Assembly: GCA_951406725.2 (NCBI GenBank)
Contig: OX597829.1
Span: forward strand, 4,340,001 to 4,404,000
Direction of reading: 5' to 3'
Source: Octopus vulgaris
Lineage: Eukaryota
DNA: 64,000 nt
Positions 27,569 to 42,409 of this stretch are shown piece after piece. The notes below the pieces were generated by a model that was given only the letters and a program-made list of their open reading frames with translations, had not been told where the DNA came from and searched no databases. Within the stretch, counting starts at the first letter, position 1; each line of letters begins with the position of its first letter. Both the position numbers and the translations under genes were made by a program.

Positions 27569-28114
27569 GGCAGACATTTTCAATTTCTGCGCCAACCCAA
27601 TCCGCGTACTACGAATTAGTGAGCCCGAGGCTATAGTAGCAGAAACTTGCCCAAGGTACCACGGAGTGAGATTGAGCCCGGAACCATGTGGCTGCGATGC
27701 AAACTTCTTATCACACAGCCGAAAATATCATTCACATATTCAGAAAGGCGCAGGAGTGGCTGTGTGGTAAGTAGCTTGCTTACGTTTGTCATAGACGGAC
27801 GTCTTTTTTGGTGGTGAGTCAAACGTATTGTTGCACGTGGATAATTTTTCTACTGTTGAATATTTTCGTGAACTTTGAAAATTTTTGTGCTTTTTCCCGG
27901 TGACGGGAGAAAGTAATTGTTGAAATATTGAAATTATTAATATTGAACTTATTAATATTGCTAGCGTGGACGAGATTTGAACTGTTGTCCTCGTTGTGAG
28001 GAAAAAATATTATAGGTTTCCCGTTTTTTTTGGATTCTATATTATATTATTGCGTGAAAAAAAAATTAGAACGTTGTAGGCTTTGTTGCTACGTCTCACC
28101 CCACCCCAGCAGGG

Positions 28115-29636
28115 GTGGGATTTGAACTGTTGTCCTCGTTAAGAGTAAAAAGAAAGCAACAAATTATAGGTTTCCCTTTTTCTGGAATTAAACTGTTTCA
28201 TTTATTTCGAACGAATATATCGGTCGGAATAATTCAAGAAAAGAACCAGCTGCATGAGCCAGCAGAAAAGTTTGCAGCAGTAGCCGCTGTGTTTTCAAAA
28301 GGTATTACAATTGAAACGGAGAAGCTCTCCGAGCTTTTTGAGAGAATGAAAGAGGAGGGTCGGGATATAAAGATCTTACCCTCCCCTAGTTTTGAAAATC
28401 TGAAGAGAAGGACACTCGTTTACAAAACGTACTGTCCTTCATCGAAGAAATTCAAGCACTTCGAAAAGTGCGAAGTAGAAAAATTCTTGGCCCCTATATG
28501 GAAAGATATAAAATACATAGCGAGGAGCCGGGCATATGGAACAATTGAGGTCAGATTCGAGACGGCCGAAAAAGCCCAAGAGCACTCAGTGAGTCCTTTA
28601 AAAACGAAGGAGATGGTACTGCTTTCAACGTACATGGGAAGGAGAACAGCACGCGTCCGAATAAACGACGTACCACCAGAAATTGAGGCAGGCGAGGGGG
28701 TGTCCGCCCTGTTGTATAACAGGACGGACAAAATCACCTTCCTCCAAATTACATGCACTGCCCCACAAAATTGGCAAGGGCAGAGCATCTCTACGATTAT
28801 TCAAGGAACGCAACAAGACATCGAGATGTTGCCAGAAAAATGCTCTTGGGGGAAGATATTGCCCTCAAGATTCAAGTAGAGGGCAAAAAGCCCACGTGTT
28901 TCGAATGTGGCAAAAAAGGCCTCATTCGTGTAGACTATGAAATATGGAAAAAAAAAAAATAAGTGTGCAGACATCAGGCCCTTCAACTACAGAAAAAGAC
29001 CCCAAACCCGCACACAAATTAGCTCCCACAGAAACAAATACTCCCACCCCACTATCTGTGGCACCCACTCCCAAACAAAGCACCCAAAACCCCCAGGCCA
29101 TGCACACACCGGTCCCGACAGAAACAAATACACCCACCCCCTCTGAAGCAGCAACTCCTCTGGAGGACACCATGGAGGGGACCGAAGGGGAGTTCAAGAC
29201 ACCTAGAAAAAAGTGAACACTTGCATCTTCTCCATCCATATCCCCCACAAAGAAAAAAGAAAAAAACAGCACACCACAGATAAAAAAAGATCCCGCTCCA
29301 CTGTCCCAGATAAAAAAATTAAAAAGAAAAAAGAACAAAGACTGAACAAAAACACTGGTAAAATTTGATACCAGGGAAAAATATATTACGGACATTTTAA
29401 AAAAGTACCACACCGCGGAGCTGTTGCAGCAGCCCGAAGGCACGGAAGAGAGATGTGAGTGGATATCGGAAAAACTGTATAAAGAAATGAAGGGTAGGCA
29501 TCCGAGGACCATCACGAACATCCCGGACGTTCCGCGGTATTTGAAGGAGCTTTTGAAGGAGCATGAGGAAAGGACTGCCTCACGTGTGGTGAGGTCAGCC
29601 CCAGCATCACCAACAAAAGAAAAAGTCAAAGGGTAA
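28115..29636 (+). pseudogene. LINE ORF1 (frameshifted), with a degenerate zinc knuckle and a Pro/Thr/Lys-rich C-terminal part
   Basis: 254-aa ORF continued in other frames. CFECGKKGLIRVDY is a decayed CX2CX4HX4C. It lies directly upstream of ORF2. Confidence 0.8.
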
Positions 29637-29665
29637 GTAGAACCCTTGCTTTGCTTTTGTTTTAA

Positions 29666-32600
29666 ATGACTGCACTTAACCTTGGGTGTTTGAATGTGCG
29701 TGGTCTGAACTCGAAGTGGAAGCAAGCTTGTTTCCTCGACGACCTCCGATCACACGATATGCATGTGATGGTTGCTACAGAGACCAAGCTGAACAGTCTT
29801 CAGGCCTTCTCGCCCCTCCTGAATGACTATGAGAAAATCATGTCTCCTAGCCGGACCGGAGGGCGAGGGGTGTAGTAGTACTGGTTCGAAAAGGCTTAGC
29901 TCTGCAGACAAGTATAGTCTATGTAGACCCAGAAGGTGGGCTGGTCGTCCTTGATGTTACATACAGCAGTAAGGCCTTCAGGTTGATCGGAATCTATGCA
30001 CCTTGTGCTAGAGGATTTCAAACTGATTTTTATCGGTGCCTAGAGAACTTTCTCGTGACGTCGAAGACATTAGTAGTGACGTCGAAGACATTAGTAGTTG
30101 AAGGGCCTGATGTCTGCACACTTCTGATGTCTGCAGACTTCCTGTCTGGCGGCCCGCGTCTCTCGGCACGGGAAGCTGAGTGCTGTAAAGGACCAATCAC
30201 GGCCGAGGAGTTAATCGAGGTACTGGGCGAATACCCCGGGGAGAAGTCGCCGGGTCTCGATAGTCTGCCTTATGAATTCTACAAAACTATGCCAGACTTG
30301 TTCGGGCACCTGCTGGCCATCGTCTATGCCAATTGGCAGCAGAATGGGAGAATTCCCAAGTCTGAAAATCGAGGGGTGGGGTGACGTTGATCAAGAAGGA
30401 CTCGAGCAAGGGGGACGAGATAGGGAACTTCAGGCCCATAACTCTGCTGAACACAGATTTTGGCAAGGTGCTAGCGAAAAGGTAGGCGCGGGTCGTGGAC
30501 AAACTTGTCGAGGAAGCGCAAACGTGCCTATCTCGGGCAGGACCATTCACGACAATCTCCACCTCATTAGAAAGGGTGGGGAAGATTTCTGGTTCGGGGG
30601 GGAGGGGTCACTGGTACATTTAGACCAGTCTAAGGCATTCGATAGGGTCGACCATCGGTACTTGGCAGTGGTCCTCGAGAAGGCTCGTCTGGGCCCGACC
30701 TTCCGCGGTTGGGTTGCTGCGTTGTACAGCGACATCGAGTAGTGTTAGGTGACTATAACGCTATTGTTGATGCACGCATCGATAGCGTTGACTCGATCTA
30801 TAGGAAAGTAAACTCACGTCTCGTGGATCTACTCAAGCGGTTTCAGCTGGCAGATCGTTACAGACTTGACCATCCAAACGTCCCAGAGTGGACCTGGATG
30901 AGTGGCGACGGAAGGTTCAAGTCCTATTTAGATAGGATAGTGATAAGAATTGGAGATAAGTCTAGTTTTAGCTGTCCACAGCTTGTCCAGGTAGTATACA
31001 CTGACCACAGAATGGTTAAGTGTAGACTGGACATAGATAGTACAGTTAAGAGAGGATCCGGCTACTGGAAGCTGAACAAGTCTATTTTGACTTGCGAGGC
31101 ATACCGTAGCCGGATTGAGGAATTAGTACAGAGGGCGTTAACCGGCGTGGTGGTTAATAACCGATGGTGGATCGCCCTGAAGAGTGCCATTCGTTTTGAT
31201 TCTATTAGGTTTAGCCGACAGCTAAGACTAGATAAGGCCAGAATAGAAGGGCAACTAGTTAAGGACCTAGAGGAGGCGCTGAGGTTGAGCTCTGCATCTC
31301 ACATTTCGTCAGCGAGTACGGCCTTGGACCGTCACCTCAAAGCCAAACATGAGGAGTGCAGAGTTCGGGCTAAAGTGCGCGCATTGGGCCGTGAGGGGAT
31401 TAATGTTGCCGGATGGGCCCGTACGGTAGAAACCCAGCATGACAATAATGCCACAATTAGGTCTCCCGTGGATGACAATGGGAGTTCGGTCGATGGACGG
31501 GACGAGATGTGTGAGGCAATTCACAAGCACTTTGTCGAGTTGTTTGGGAGTGGCGGGGCGCTGGATCATGGCGAGGCCCTTAGGGACTTCCTGTCTGGCG
31601 GCCCGCGTCTCTCGGCACGAGAAGCTGAGTGCTGTAAAGGACCAATCACGGCCGAGGAGTTAATCGAGGTACAGGGCGAATACCCCGGGGAGAAGTTGTC
31701 GGGTCTCGATAGTCTGCCTTATGAATTCTACAAAACTATGCCAGACTTGTTCGAGCACCTGCTGGCCAGCGTCTACGCCAATTGGCAGCAGAATGGGAGA
31801 ATTCCCAAGTCTGAAAATCGAGGGGTGGGGTGACGTTGATCAAGAAGGACTCGAGCAAGGGGGTCGAGATAGGGAACTTCAGGCCCATAACTCTGCTGAA
31901 CACAGATTTTGGCCAAGATGCTAGCGAAAAGGTAGGCGCGGGTCGTGGACAAACTTGTCGAGGAAGCGCAAACGTGCCTATCTCGGGCAGGACCATTCAC
32001 GACAATCTCCACCTCATTAGAAAGGGTGGGGAAGATTTCTGGTTCGGGGGGGGGGGAGGGGTCACTGGTACATTTAGACCAATCTAAGGCATTCGATAGG
32101 GTCGACCATCGGTACTTGGCGGTGGTCCTCGAGAAGGCTCGTGTGGGCCCGACCTTCCGCGGTTGGGTTGCTGCGTTGTACAGCGACATCGAGTCCGTCG
32201 TAACAGTAAATGGTTTCCTTTCAAAGCCAATCAGGATCGAACGTTCAGTGCGTCAGGGGTGTCCCCTGTCCTCGCTTTTGTATGTACTGGCTCTCGAGCC
32301 ATTATTGCAGATGTTGGAGACGCCAGGGGGCGCACCGCATGATCTATGGTGTGGAAGAGGAGCTACAGCGTACGCGGATGACATCTCCATCGTGGCGGAT
32401 GAGGGCCAGCTTCCAGTGGTGGAAGAGGCTATCAAAGTTACGAGGCGGTGGCAGGAGCAAAGGTTAACAAGGACAAGTCAATTGCTTTGCAGCTCGAAAC
32501 CTGGAGGGGCAAGCCGATTGTGTCCAATAACGTCGTGGGGCGTTGGACGGAAGGTCCTGTTAAGGTGCTCGGAGTCTGGTTCGGGCCAGACTTCCAGACT

Positions 32601-33714
32601 AAAAAAAATTAGAATGAAGTGGCCAGCAAGGTGACTGCCCTAATCCAGACCTGGTCTGGGCGGGCGTTATCCTTGCTAGGAAAGACAGAGGTGGTGCAGA
32701 TGTTTATAGCATCGGTTATCACCTACCGTCTGACCGTGGTGCCTTGCCCCGATTTGTGACTGAACAAGTTGGAGAGAATCCTTTTCCACTTTTTGTGGAA
32801 GGGAGGAAAGCCACTCGTGAAGCATTCTGTCTGCTGTCAGAAACCGCTAAAGGGTGGGCTAGGGATGCCTTGGCTGAGGATGCGAAAATTCGCGTTAGGG
32901 TTGAGGCACCTCTTGGCTTTATTGGATGGAGAGCAGGTGTGGTCACCGCACGTTCGGTTCTACCTTCCGCAATTAACGTCCTTAACGGACATTGGTAACT
33001 GGATCAAGCAGAGACCTAGGCTGGGGGACGGGCAATTTGAGTGCCGCCAGGCACTTCAGCTACTCTCTCGGTCGGGCAATGCCGGCGACAAGAGTTCCAC
33101 CGCGGATTTCTATAGTGGGTTAGTGGAGGTTAAGTCCGAAGACGCCTTGGGGAAACCCTGGGCTACGATGAAAATCAGTTAATCAACCTGTTCCGGAGAA
33201 CTTTTGGGCCGGGATATCTGGACAATTACCAGAAATCTCTGGCTTGGCATTGCTTCCGTGCGGCGTTACCTATTCGTGATAAACTGTCAAGGCACGGAAT
33301 TGCCGTCTCGTCGACATGTCCGAGGTGCGGGCAGGACAGAGAAACCGTCTTGCACGCATTTGTGGAGTGTCTGGAATTAACGGGACTGATAGTTTTCGCA
33401 GAGCAACTGTTATCGATGGGAAGAGTACAGCTATCAGCTGAATCTATCATCGAGATTGTGCCGCCTCCTTCCCTTAACAGGGAAAGGAAGGCTTGCTTTT
33501 TCTGCGTAGTAGCCATACTGAAAGAAACAGTATGGAAGACGCGTGTGAGAGGCATATGACGGGTACTTTTGTATCCGGCCAGGGGTTGGTTAACTTTTTT
33601 AGTTACCACCTCAGTAATAAGATCAGACTGGAGTAAAGATACCTGTCACGAGACAGATTCATGAGAAGATAGAAGCCTGTGGCGAGGAAGCTGGGAGTGT
33701 TTGGAACCAGGTAA
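29666..33714 (+). pseudogene. LINE ORF2: APE endonuclease, reverse transcriptase, C-terminal CCHC (frameshifted, internally duplicated)
   Basis: Endonuclease motifs: GCLNVRGLN, ATETKL, LGDYNA, SYLDRI, TDH. RT motifs: GYWKLN, NFRPITLLN, LDQSKAFDRVDH, RQGCPLS and YADD at 32371. Zinc finger: CPRCGQDRETVLHAFVEC. Confidence 0.93.
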
Positions 33715-34646
33715 GTGGAAGCCAAAACAGGAAAGAAAAAGCAAGGGGTTTACCCTGGTGGTCGGATGCCTATCCTTCAGAGAAGCCATTGCAAATTTCA
33801 TTTCTAACGAGCAAGTCAAAAGTTATAAACATATCTATTAAATTATTGTAAATGTTAAATTGTAAATATTTAATCGCTACAGCTGCTTCACCCTTTTATG
33901 TTTGTCTGTTCTTGTTCGTCCCCTCTTTGTAATGCCTTCATGGCAAATATTTATGAAATAAAGTAGCTTGCTTAACAACCATATGGTTCCAGGTTCAGTC
34001 CCACTGCGTGGCACTTTGGGCAAGTGTCTTCTAATATAGCCTCGGGCCGACCAAAGCCCTGTGAATGGATTTGGCATACGGAAACAGAAAGAAGTCCGTC
34101 GTATATGTGTATATATATGTATATATATACACAAGAAAAAAGCAACAAGAATGGATTAGTTGTTCAGTACAATTCTTTCATACGAAGAACAGATTTATTA
34201 AAAGCTGCAAATATTGCAGCAAATACAAGTGTCCCGTATTCATCAGCCAAAACACATATGAGTTTTCCAAACATCCTAGGGAGTGAGGCTACACTCATGA
34301 AGTATCGAAGAGAGTTCTATGAAAAGCAAAGTTAGATTGTAAGCAGATTTAAAATGTTTTCTAATGATGCACAGTTTTATTATATATATATAATTTTAAA
34401 TTAAAAATAATATATATATATATATAGATATAGATATATGTGTGTGTGTTTGTCCCCAAAAAACATTGCTTGTCAACCGATGATGGTGTGTTTGCGTCCC
34501 CGTAACTTAGCGGTTCGGCAAAAGAGACCGATAGAATCAGCACCGGGCTTCTAAAAAATAAGTCCCGGGGACGATTTGCTTTAGTAAAGGCGGTGCTCCA
34601 GCAAGGCCACTGTCAAATGACCGAAACAAGTAAAAGAGTAAAAGAG

Positions 34647-34737
<91 letters not shown>

Positions 34738-35001
34738 GTATAATTCAAAATGAGAAAATGGAGAAATATATCTAAATCATTCATCAACTATCAGATAATA
34801 CCGAATCAATACTTTATTAAAACACTACACAATAGCAATGATATTATACATTAATATAGTACAATAATTACAATCAATATGGTGAAATATAACTAAATAA
34901 ATATAACAAGACATAGAAATACATTTACATGTACTTCTCTAGCAGTATATTGGATATATGTTATCCCATGGAGGGTTGAATTTACAACCCCTATCTCATT
35001 T

Positions 35002-35033
<32 letters not shown>

Positions 35034-35058
35034 CACACACATATATATATATATTCAC

Positions 35059-35239
<181 letters not shown>

Positions 35240-35477
35240 TATATATATGTACATACATACATATATATATATAAATGTATACGTGTGTATCTGTGCGTGT
35301 GTGCGTGCGTGTGTGTGTATGTTGTGTGTTGTGTTTCTGTGTGTGTGTGTGTGTGTAACATTTAGATGTAATGTCAGGCTGGAGACGAGAAAATACCACC
35401 AGAGTCAACCGCATCTTTACATCACACCCGACGCCTGTTTCGGGTGACGTTCTTTCGGCACGAGGGTGGCGCCGGCG

Positions 35478-35800
35478 ACGATGATGTTGGTGATGATGAT
35501 GATGATGATGATGATGGTGATGATAATGCTCAAGATGGTGATGATGATAATAATAGCGATGATGATGATGTTGATGGTGATTATAATGATGGTGATGATA
35601 ATGATGATGATAATATTGATGACGATGATGGCGATGGTGATGATGATGAGGAGGCAGAGGACGGGGGTGGTGAGGACGGTGATAAAAGCGGAGGACGAGC
35701 GGGTGGTGGAGGCGTGAGGAGGCGACGGCAAGCGTGATGGCGGTGATGATGATGATGCTGATGATAATGTTGATGATGATGGCGATGATGATGATGATCG
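35478..35800 (+). repeat. (GAT)n-rich low-complexity tract (a complementary (CAT)n tract is at ~52290-52460)
   Basis: Read directly from the sequence. Confidence 0.9.
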
Positions 35801-35914
35801 TTTTGCATGTCCCAGACTTTCGTTCTCGGTCTAAAAACCTTTGCTGTACGTTCCAGACTCTTTCTTTTCAATCTCTCTCTATCTCTCGCTCTCTCCCTAT
35901 CTATCTATCTATCT

Positions 35915-37187
<1,273 letters not shown>

Positions 37188-37925
37188 CCTCTGTCTGTCT
37201 GTCTCTCTATCACTCTCACTCTCTATCTATCTATCTCTGTCTGCCTGTCTGTATATCTATGTAAGATGGAGAGAGAAAGAAAGGAGAGAGATAGAGAGAA
37301 AGGAGGAGAGAAGGTGATAGGGAGAGAGAGAGAAGGAGAGAGAGAAAGAAGGAGAGAGAGAGAAAGAAGGAGAGAGAGAGAAAGAGAGAAAGGAGGGGAG
37401 AGAGAGAAGGAGAGAGAGAAAGAAGGAAAGAGAGAGAAAGAAGGACAGAGAGAGAAAAGAGAGAGAAAGAGAAAGGAGAGAGAGAAAGAAGGAGAGAGAG
37501 AGAAAGAGAGAAGAAAGAGAGAGAAAGAAAAAGAAAGAGACAGACAGACAGACGGAGATAGAAAGAACGTGAGAGGGAGGGAGAGCAAGACAGGGACAGA
37601 GGGAGGGGGAGAAAGAACGTGAGTGGGAGGGAGAGGAAGATAGAGACAGAGGGAAGGGAGAAAGAAAGTGAGTGGGAGAGATGGATGCCCTCAGCTGACT
37701 CTCAAGCGCAGCCAGCCGTGACGTTCTCGTCGAGCAAAGCTGCAGTAATTGCTGTCGAAGTGGTCATTGCCAAAACATGCGTGACCGGCGCGATTGGAGT
37801 GTAGAGTTTCCCACGGTCTCAGCGCGATTGTGTGCTTATAAGGGTAAATGTGCTTATAAGGTAAATGTGTGCGTAGACATATATATATATATACATACAT
37901 GTATGTATGTATATGTATATATGTA

Positions 37926-37988
<63 letters not shown>

Positions 37989-38172
37989 GTACACATATAT
38001 ATATATATACATTATATATGCATTCATGCATATATACATATATATATATATATATATAATACATACACACACACATATATATATATATATATACTTTATT
38101 TAAAAGCAGCAGAAATTCAACAAAACCTGTTACTCTGAGTTTCACGTTCCCGTTCGTCGGTTGTTAACAAAA

Positions 38173-38210
38173 CTGTCCGACGAACGGGAACGTGAAACTC
38201 AGAGTCACAG
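38173..38210 (+). ncRNA. Type I hammerhead-like motif (U4C core) in a 67-bp-arm inverted repeat (38094-38243)
   Basis: CTGT-CCGACGA-ACG ggaa CGT-GAAA-CTC a GAG-TC-ACAG. Confidence 0.72.
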
Positions 38211-38312
38211 GTTTTGTTGAATTTCTGCTGCTTTTAAATAAAGCATATTACTCTACCACTGGTATTTGAGTACTCTTTTTACCACCTTGTTTCACATTTA
38301 TGTGTTTACTCC

Positions 38313-38390
<78 letters not shown>

Positions 38391-38683
38391 CATATATATA
38401 TATATATATATACATACATACAAATATATATATACATACATATAAACATATATAAATGCACATATATATACATGCATATATATGCATATATATGTACATA
38501 CATATATATATATATACTTACATATGTATATATATATAAATATATATATATATATGTATGTATAACATGTATATGTATATACATATATATGTATGTGCGT
38601 ATATATATATATATGCATATATATACATATATATATGAATGCATATACATATATACATATATATATATGTATATACATATACG

Positions 38684-38750
<67 letters not shown>

Positions 38751-38781
38751 AATTATTATGTTATTATTATTTCACCCTTTG

Positions 38782-38818
<37 letters not shown>

Positions 38819-39627
38819 TGTACATACACATATAAGTGTACACATATATATATATGTATATATATACACGCATATATATACATACACACACGCACACACA
38901 TATATATCTTATTGTCTTTTCAGTCATTTGAATGTGGCCATGCTGGACCACAGCCTTTAGTCGAGCAAACCGACCCCAGGGCTTATTCTTTGTAAGCCTA
39001 GTACTTATTCCATCGGGCCCTTTTGCCTAAACCGCTAAGTTAAGGGGACATAAATGCACCAACATCGATTGTCAATCGATGTTGGGGGAAAAACACAGAC
39101 ACGCAAACATACGTATATATGTGCGCGAGCGCGCGTGTATGTATGTGCCTGTGTATGAGAACGTGTGTATGTATGATTAAATCCCCTTCGATGTGTGTGT
39201 GTGTGTGTATGTGATTAAATCGCCTTCGTTGTGTGTCTGTGTCTGTGCGCTCGTGTGTGTGTGTGATTATATCGCCTTCGATATGTGTGTGTGAGCGTGT
39301 GTGTGCGTGTGACCGTGTTTGTGTGTGCGTGAGTCATTATATCACCTTAGATGTGTGTGTGTGTGTGCGCGCGTGTGTGTATGTGTGTATGTGTATGTGT
39401 GTGCTTGTATGAAATTCGCTTGTGCGTATGTTCGTCATTTTCGTACGTGCGGAATGCCTTTAGGAAGACCCGCGCACGTGTTCGGGGTGCGATCGCGGGT
39501 GCGTGAGACGGTACACAGAAGGCAATGGGAAAAATGTATATTTTACAAGGGCTGGCGAAGGGACTTCTCAAGGGGTCAGGGGGAGGGTGGGGTCGGGTTA
39601 AACTCTGAGCATCACAAGCCCGATTTG

Positions 39628-40340
39628 GTTGGGGTTAGGGTTAGGGTGTTGGTTAAGATTAACCCCCTGGAAAACACACCATGATCTCCGCGCTGCCCCC
39701 TACGCCTTGAAGGACTATGCGTAAGGTGCCGTTGAAGGGAGGTGGGTTTGCTGAGGAGTTAGGGGTGTGTGTAAGGGTGGGGTTGTTGAGAGAGGATCAT
39801 GGTGTGAGGGGAAAATATAGGATTAGGGTTAGGATTAGAGTTAGGATTGGGGTTAGGGTTAGGGTTAGAGTTAGGGTTAGGGTTGAGGTTAGGGTTAGGG
39901 TTAGGGTTAGCGTTGGTGTTAGGGTTAGCGTTGGTGTTAGGGTTAGGGTTAGGGTTAGGGTTGGGGTTAGGGTTAGCGTTAGGAGTTAGGGTTGGGGTCA
40001 GTGTTAGGGTTAACCTCCTGGAAAACACACCATGATTCCCCCGCTGCCCCTACGCCAGGAAGGACTACGTGTAAGGTGCCGTTCAAGGGAGGCGGGTTTG
40101 CTGAGGAGTTAGAGGTGTGTGTAAGGGTGGGGTTGTTGAGAGGGAAATGGTGTGAGGGGGAAATATAGGGTTAGGGTTAACCCACTGGAAAACACACCAT
40201 GACCCCCGCGCTGCCCCTACGCCATCAAGGACTATGCGTAAGGTGCCGTTTAAGGGAGGAGGGTTTGCTGAGGAGTTAGCAGTGTGTGTAAGGGTGGGGT
40301 TGATGAGAGAGGGTCATAGTGTTGGGGAAAATATAGGGTG
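39628..40340 (+). repeat. Interstitial telomeric (TTAGGG)n interleaved with three copies of a ~160 bp unit
   Basis: The unit ttaacccc.ctggaaaacacaccatga...ggggaaaatatagg occurs at ~39659, ~40010 and ~40177. Degenerate TTAGGG runs lie at 39628-39650, 39820-40010 and 40167-40179. Confidence 0.9.
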
Positions 40341-40489
40341 GCGAGGGAGGAGATTAAGAAGAGGGGGAAGGGGAGAAAAAGGCGACAGCGGAAGTGAAGA
40401 AAGTGGGTGGGAAGTGAAAAGGGAGCGAGTGAGAGGAAGGAAAAAGAGGAACAGATAGGTGAAGAAGACGGAAAAATTAAGGATAAAAA

Positions 40490-40620
40490 GCCAAGCAGGT
40501 ATATGTATATATGTATGTATATATATATGATTATATATGAGTGTGTGCTTGTGTGGAGATATTTAAATATGTTTGTATATCTATATATATATTATATATT
40601 ATATATATGTATGTATATAT

Positions 40621-40708
<88 letters not shown>

Positions 40709-41136
40709 CATACAAGGCGCAGGAGCGGCTGTGTGGTAAGTAGCTTGCTAACCAACCACATGGTTCCTGGTTCAGTCCCACTGCGTGGCATCTTGGGCAA
40801 GTGTCTTCTGCTATAGCCCCGGGCCGACCAATGCCTTGTGAGTGGATTTGGTAGACGGAAACTGAAAGAAGCCTGTCGTATATATGTATATATATAAGTG
40901 TGTGTGTATATGTTTGCGCGTCTGTGTTTGACCCCCTAGCATTGCTTGACAACAGATGCTGGTGTGTTTACGTCCCCGTCACATAGCGGTTCGGCAAAAG
41001 AGACCGATAGAATAAATACTGGGCTTACAAAGAATAAGTCCCGGGGTCGATTTGCTCGACTAAAGGCGGTGCTCCAGCATGGCCGCAGTCAAATGACTGA
41101 AACAAGTAAAAGAGTAAAGAGTATATATATGTATAA

Positions 41137-41167
<31 letters not shown>

Positions 41168-41383
41168 CGCAGGAATATGTATATATATGTTTGTGTGTGT
41201 GCGTGTGTGGAGATATATATGTGTATCTATATATATGTGTGTGTGTGTGGAGATATTTAAATATATATGTGTCTGTATATATATATGTAGATATATGTAT
41301 ATGTATATATATATATATGTATATATACGCAGGTATATGTATATGTATATATATATATATGTGTGTGTGTATTCGGAGATATT

Positions 41384-41425
<42 letters not shown>

Positions 41426-41474
41426 CCTGCGTATATATATATATATATATATATATATTTAAATATCTCCGAAT

Positions 41475-41507
<33 letters not shown>

Positions 41508-41718
41508 CATATACCTGCGTATATATACATATATATACATATATATATATACATATACATATATCTACATATATATATACAGACACATATATATTTAAAT
41601 ATCTCCACACACATATATATATATATGGTGGTGCTATTAAGTTAGACATGGCCTGGGCCAATAATGGCCGAAACCTATCAAAGTATCAAAGTATCAAAGT
41701 ATATATATATATATATAT

Positions 41719-41753
<35 letters not shown>

Positions 41754-41817
41754 TGTGTGTGCGCGGAGTTATTTTGATATATATGTGCATCTGTATATAT
41801 ATATATGTATATTTATG

Positions 41818-41849
<32 letters not shown>

Positions 41850-41986
41850 CGCAGGTATATGTATATACATATATGTGTGTGTGTGTGGAGATATTTAAAT
41901 ATATGTGTGTGTATGTATATATTTGTATATATATATATATGTATATATATTTGGATATATATACATGTATATGTGAATACATATAT

Positions 41987-42021
<35 letters not shown>

Positions 42022-42135
42022 GAGATATTTAAATATATATGTGTGTGTGTGTGTATGCATTTATTTGTATATATATATGCATATATATTTGGATATATAT
42101 ACATGTATATGTGAATACATATATATAATGTGTGT
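40490..42135. repeat. Degenerate TA/TG minisatellite (motifs GTGGAGATATTTAAATAT and ACGCAGGTATATG) with a local inversion, interrupted by a SINE A
   Basis: The motifs recur at 40553, 41248, 41373, 41885 and 42019, and in reverse orientation at 41455-41475 and 41590-41612. Confidence 0.8.
40715..41121 (+). mobile_element. SINE family A, full length
   Basis: aggcgcaggagcggctgtgtgg...aacaagtaaaagagtaaagag. Confidence 0.92.
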
Positions 42136-42365
42136 GTGTGTGCGTGTGTGTATTTAGATGTGTACATATATGTGTATCTATATATACAAAGGTGGTGCCC
42201 CAGCATGGCCACAGCTTCCGGGCTGAAACAATTTAAGCATTTAAGGATATATATATATATATGTGTGTGTGCATGTGTGTATATATGTATATATGTGTAT
42301 ATATGTATATTTGCATATATGTATGTGTGAATATATATATATATGTATATATATATATACATGTG

Positions 42366-42409
<44 letters not shown>

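Larger units (their letters stand above)
27783..33960 (+). mobile_element. Full-length, inactivated Tx1/L1-clade non-LTR retrotransposon inserted in a SINE A, 14-bp TSD
   Basis: TSD AAGTAGCTTGCTTA at 27769-27782 and 33961-33974. The SINE head lies to the left and the SINE remainder to the right. The element has ORF1 plus an APE-RT-zinc finger ORF2. Confidence 0.93.

Noticed and set aside
39820-40010. True chromosome end
   Set aside because: The TTAGGG tract is short and degenerate, and ordinary sequence flanks it on both sides.
39659-40340. Repeat-spacer pattern resembling a CRISPR array
   Set aside because: The repeats are ~160 bp, the spacers are telomeric hexamers, the context is eukaryotic and there are no cas genes.
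40715-40790. tRNA-like sequences with A and B boxes
   Set aside because: These are SINE heads followed by SINE bodies, with no convincing complete cloverleaf, so they are not called as tRNA genes.
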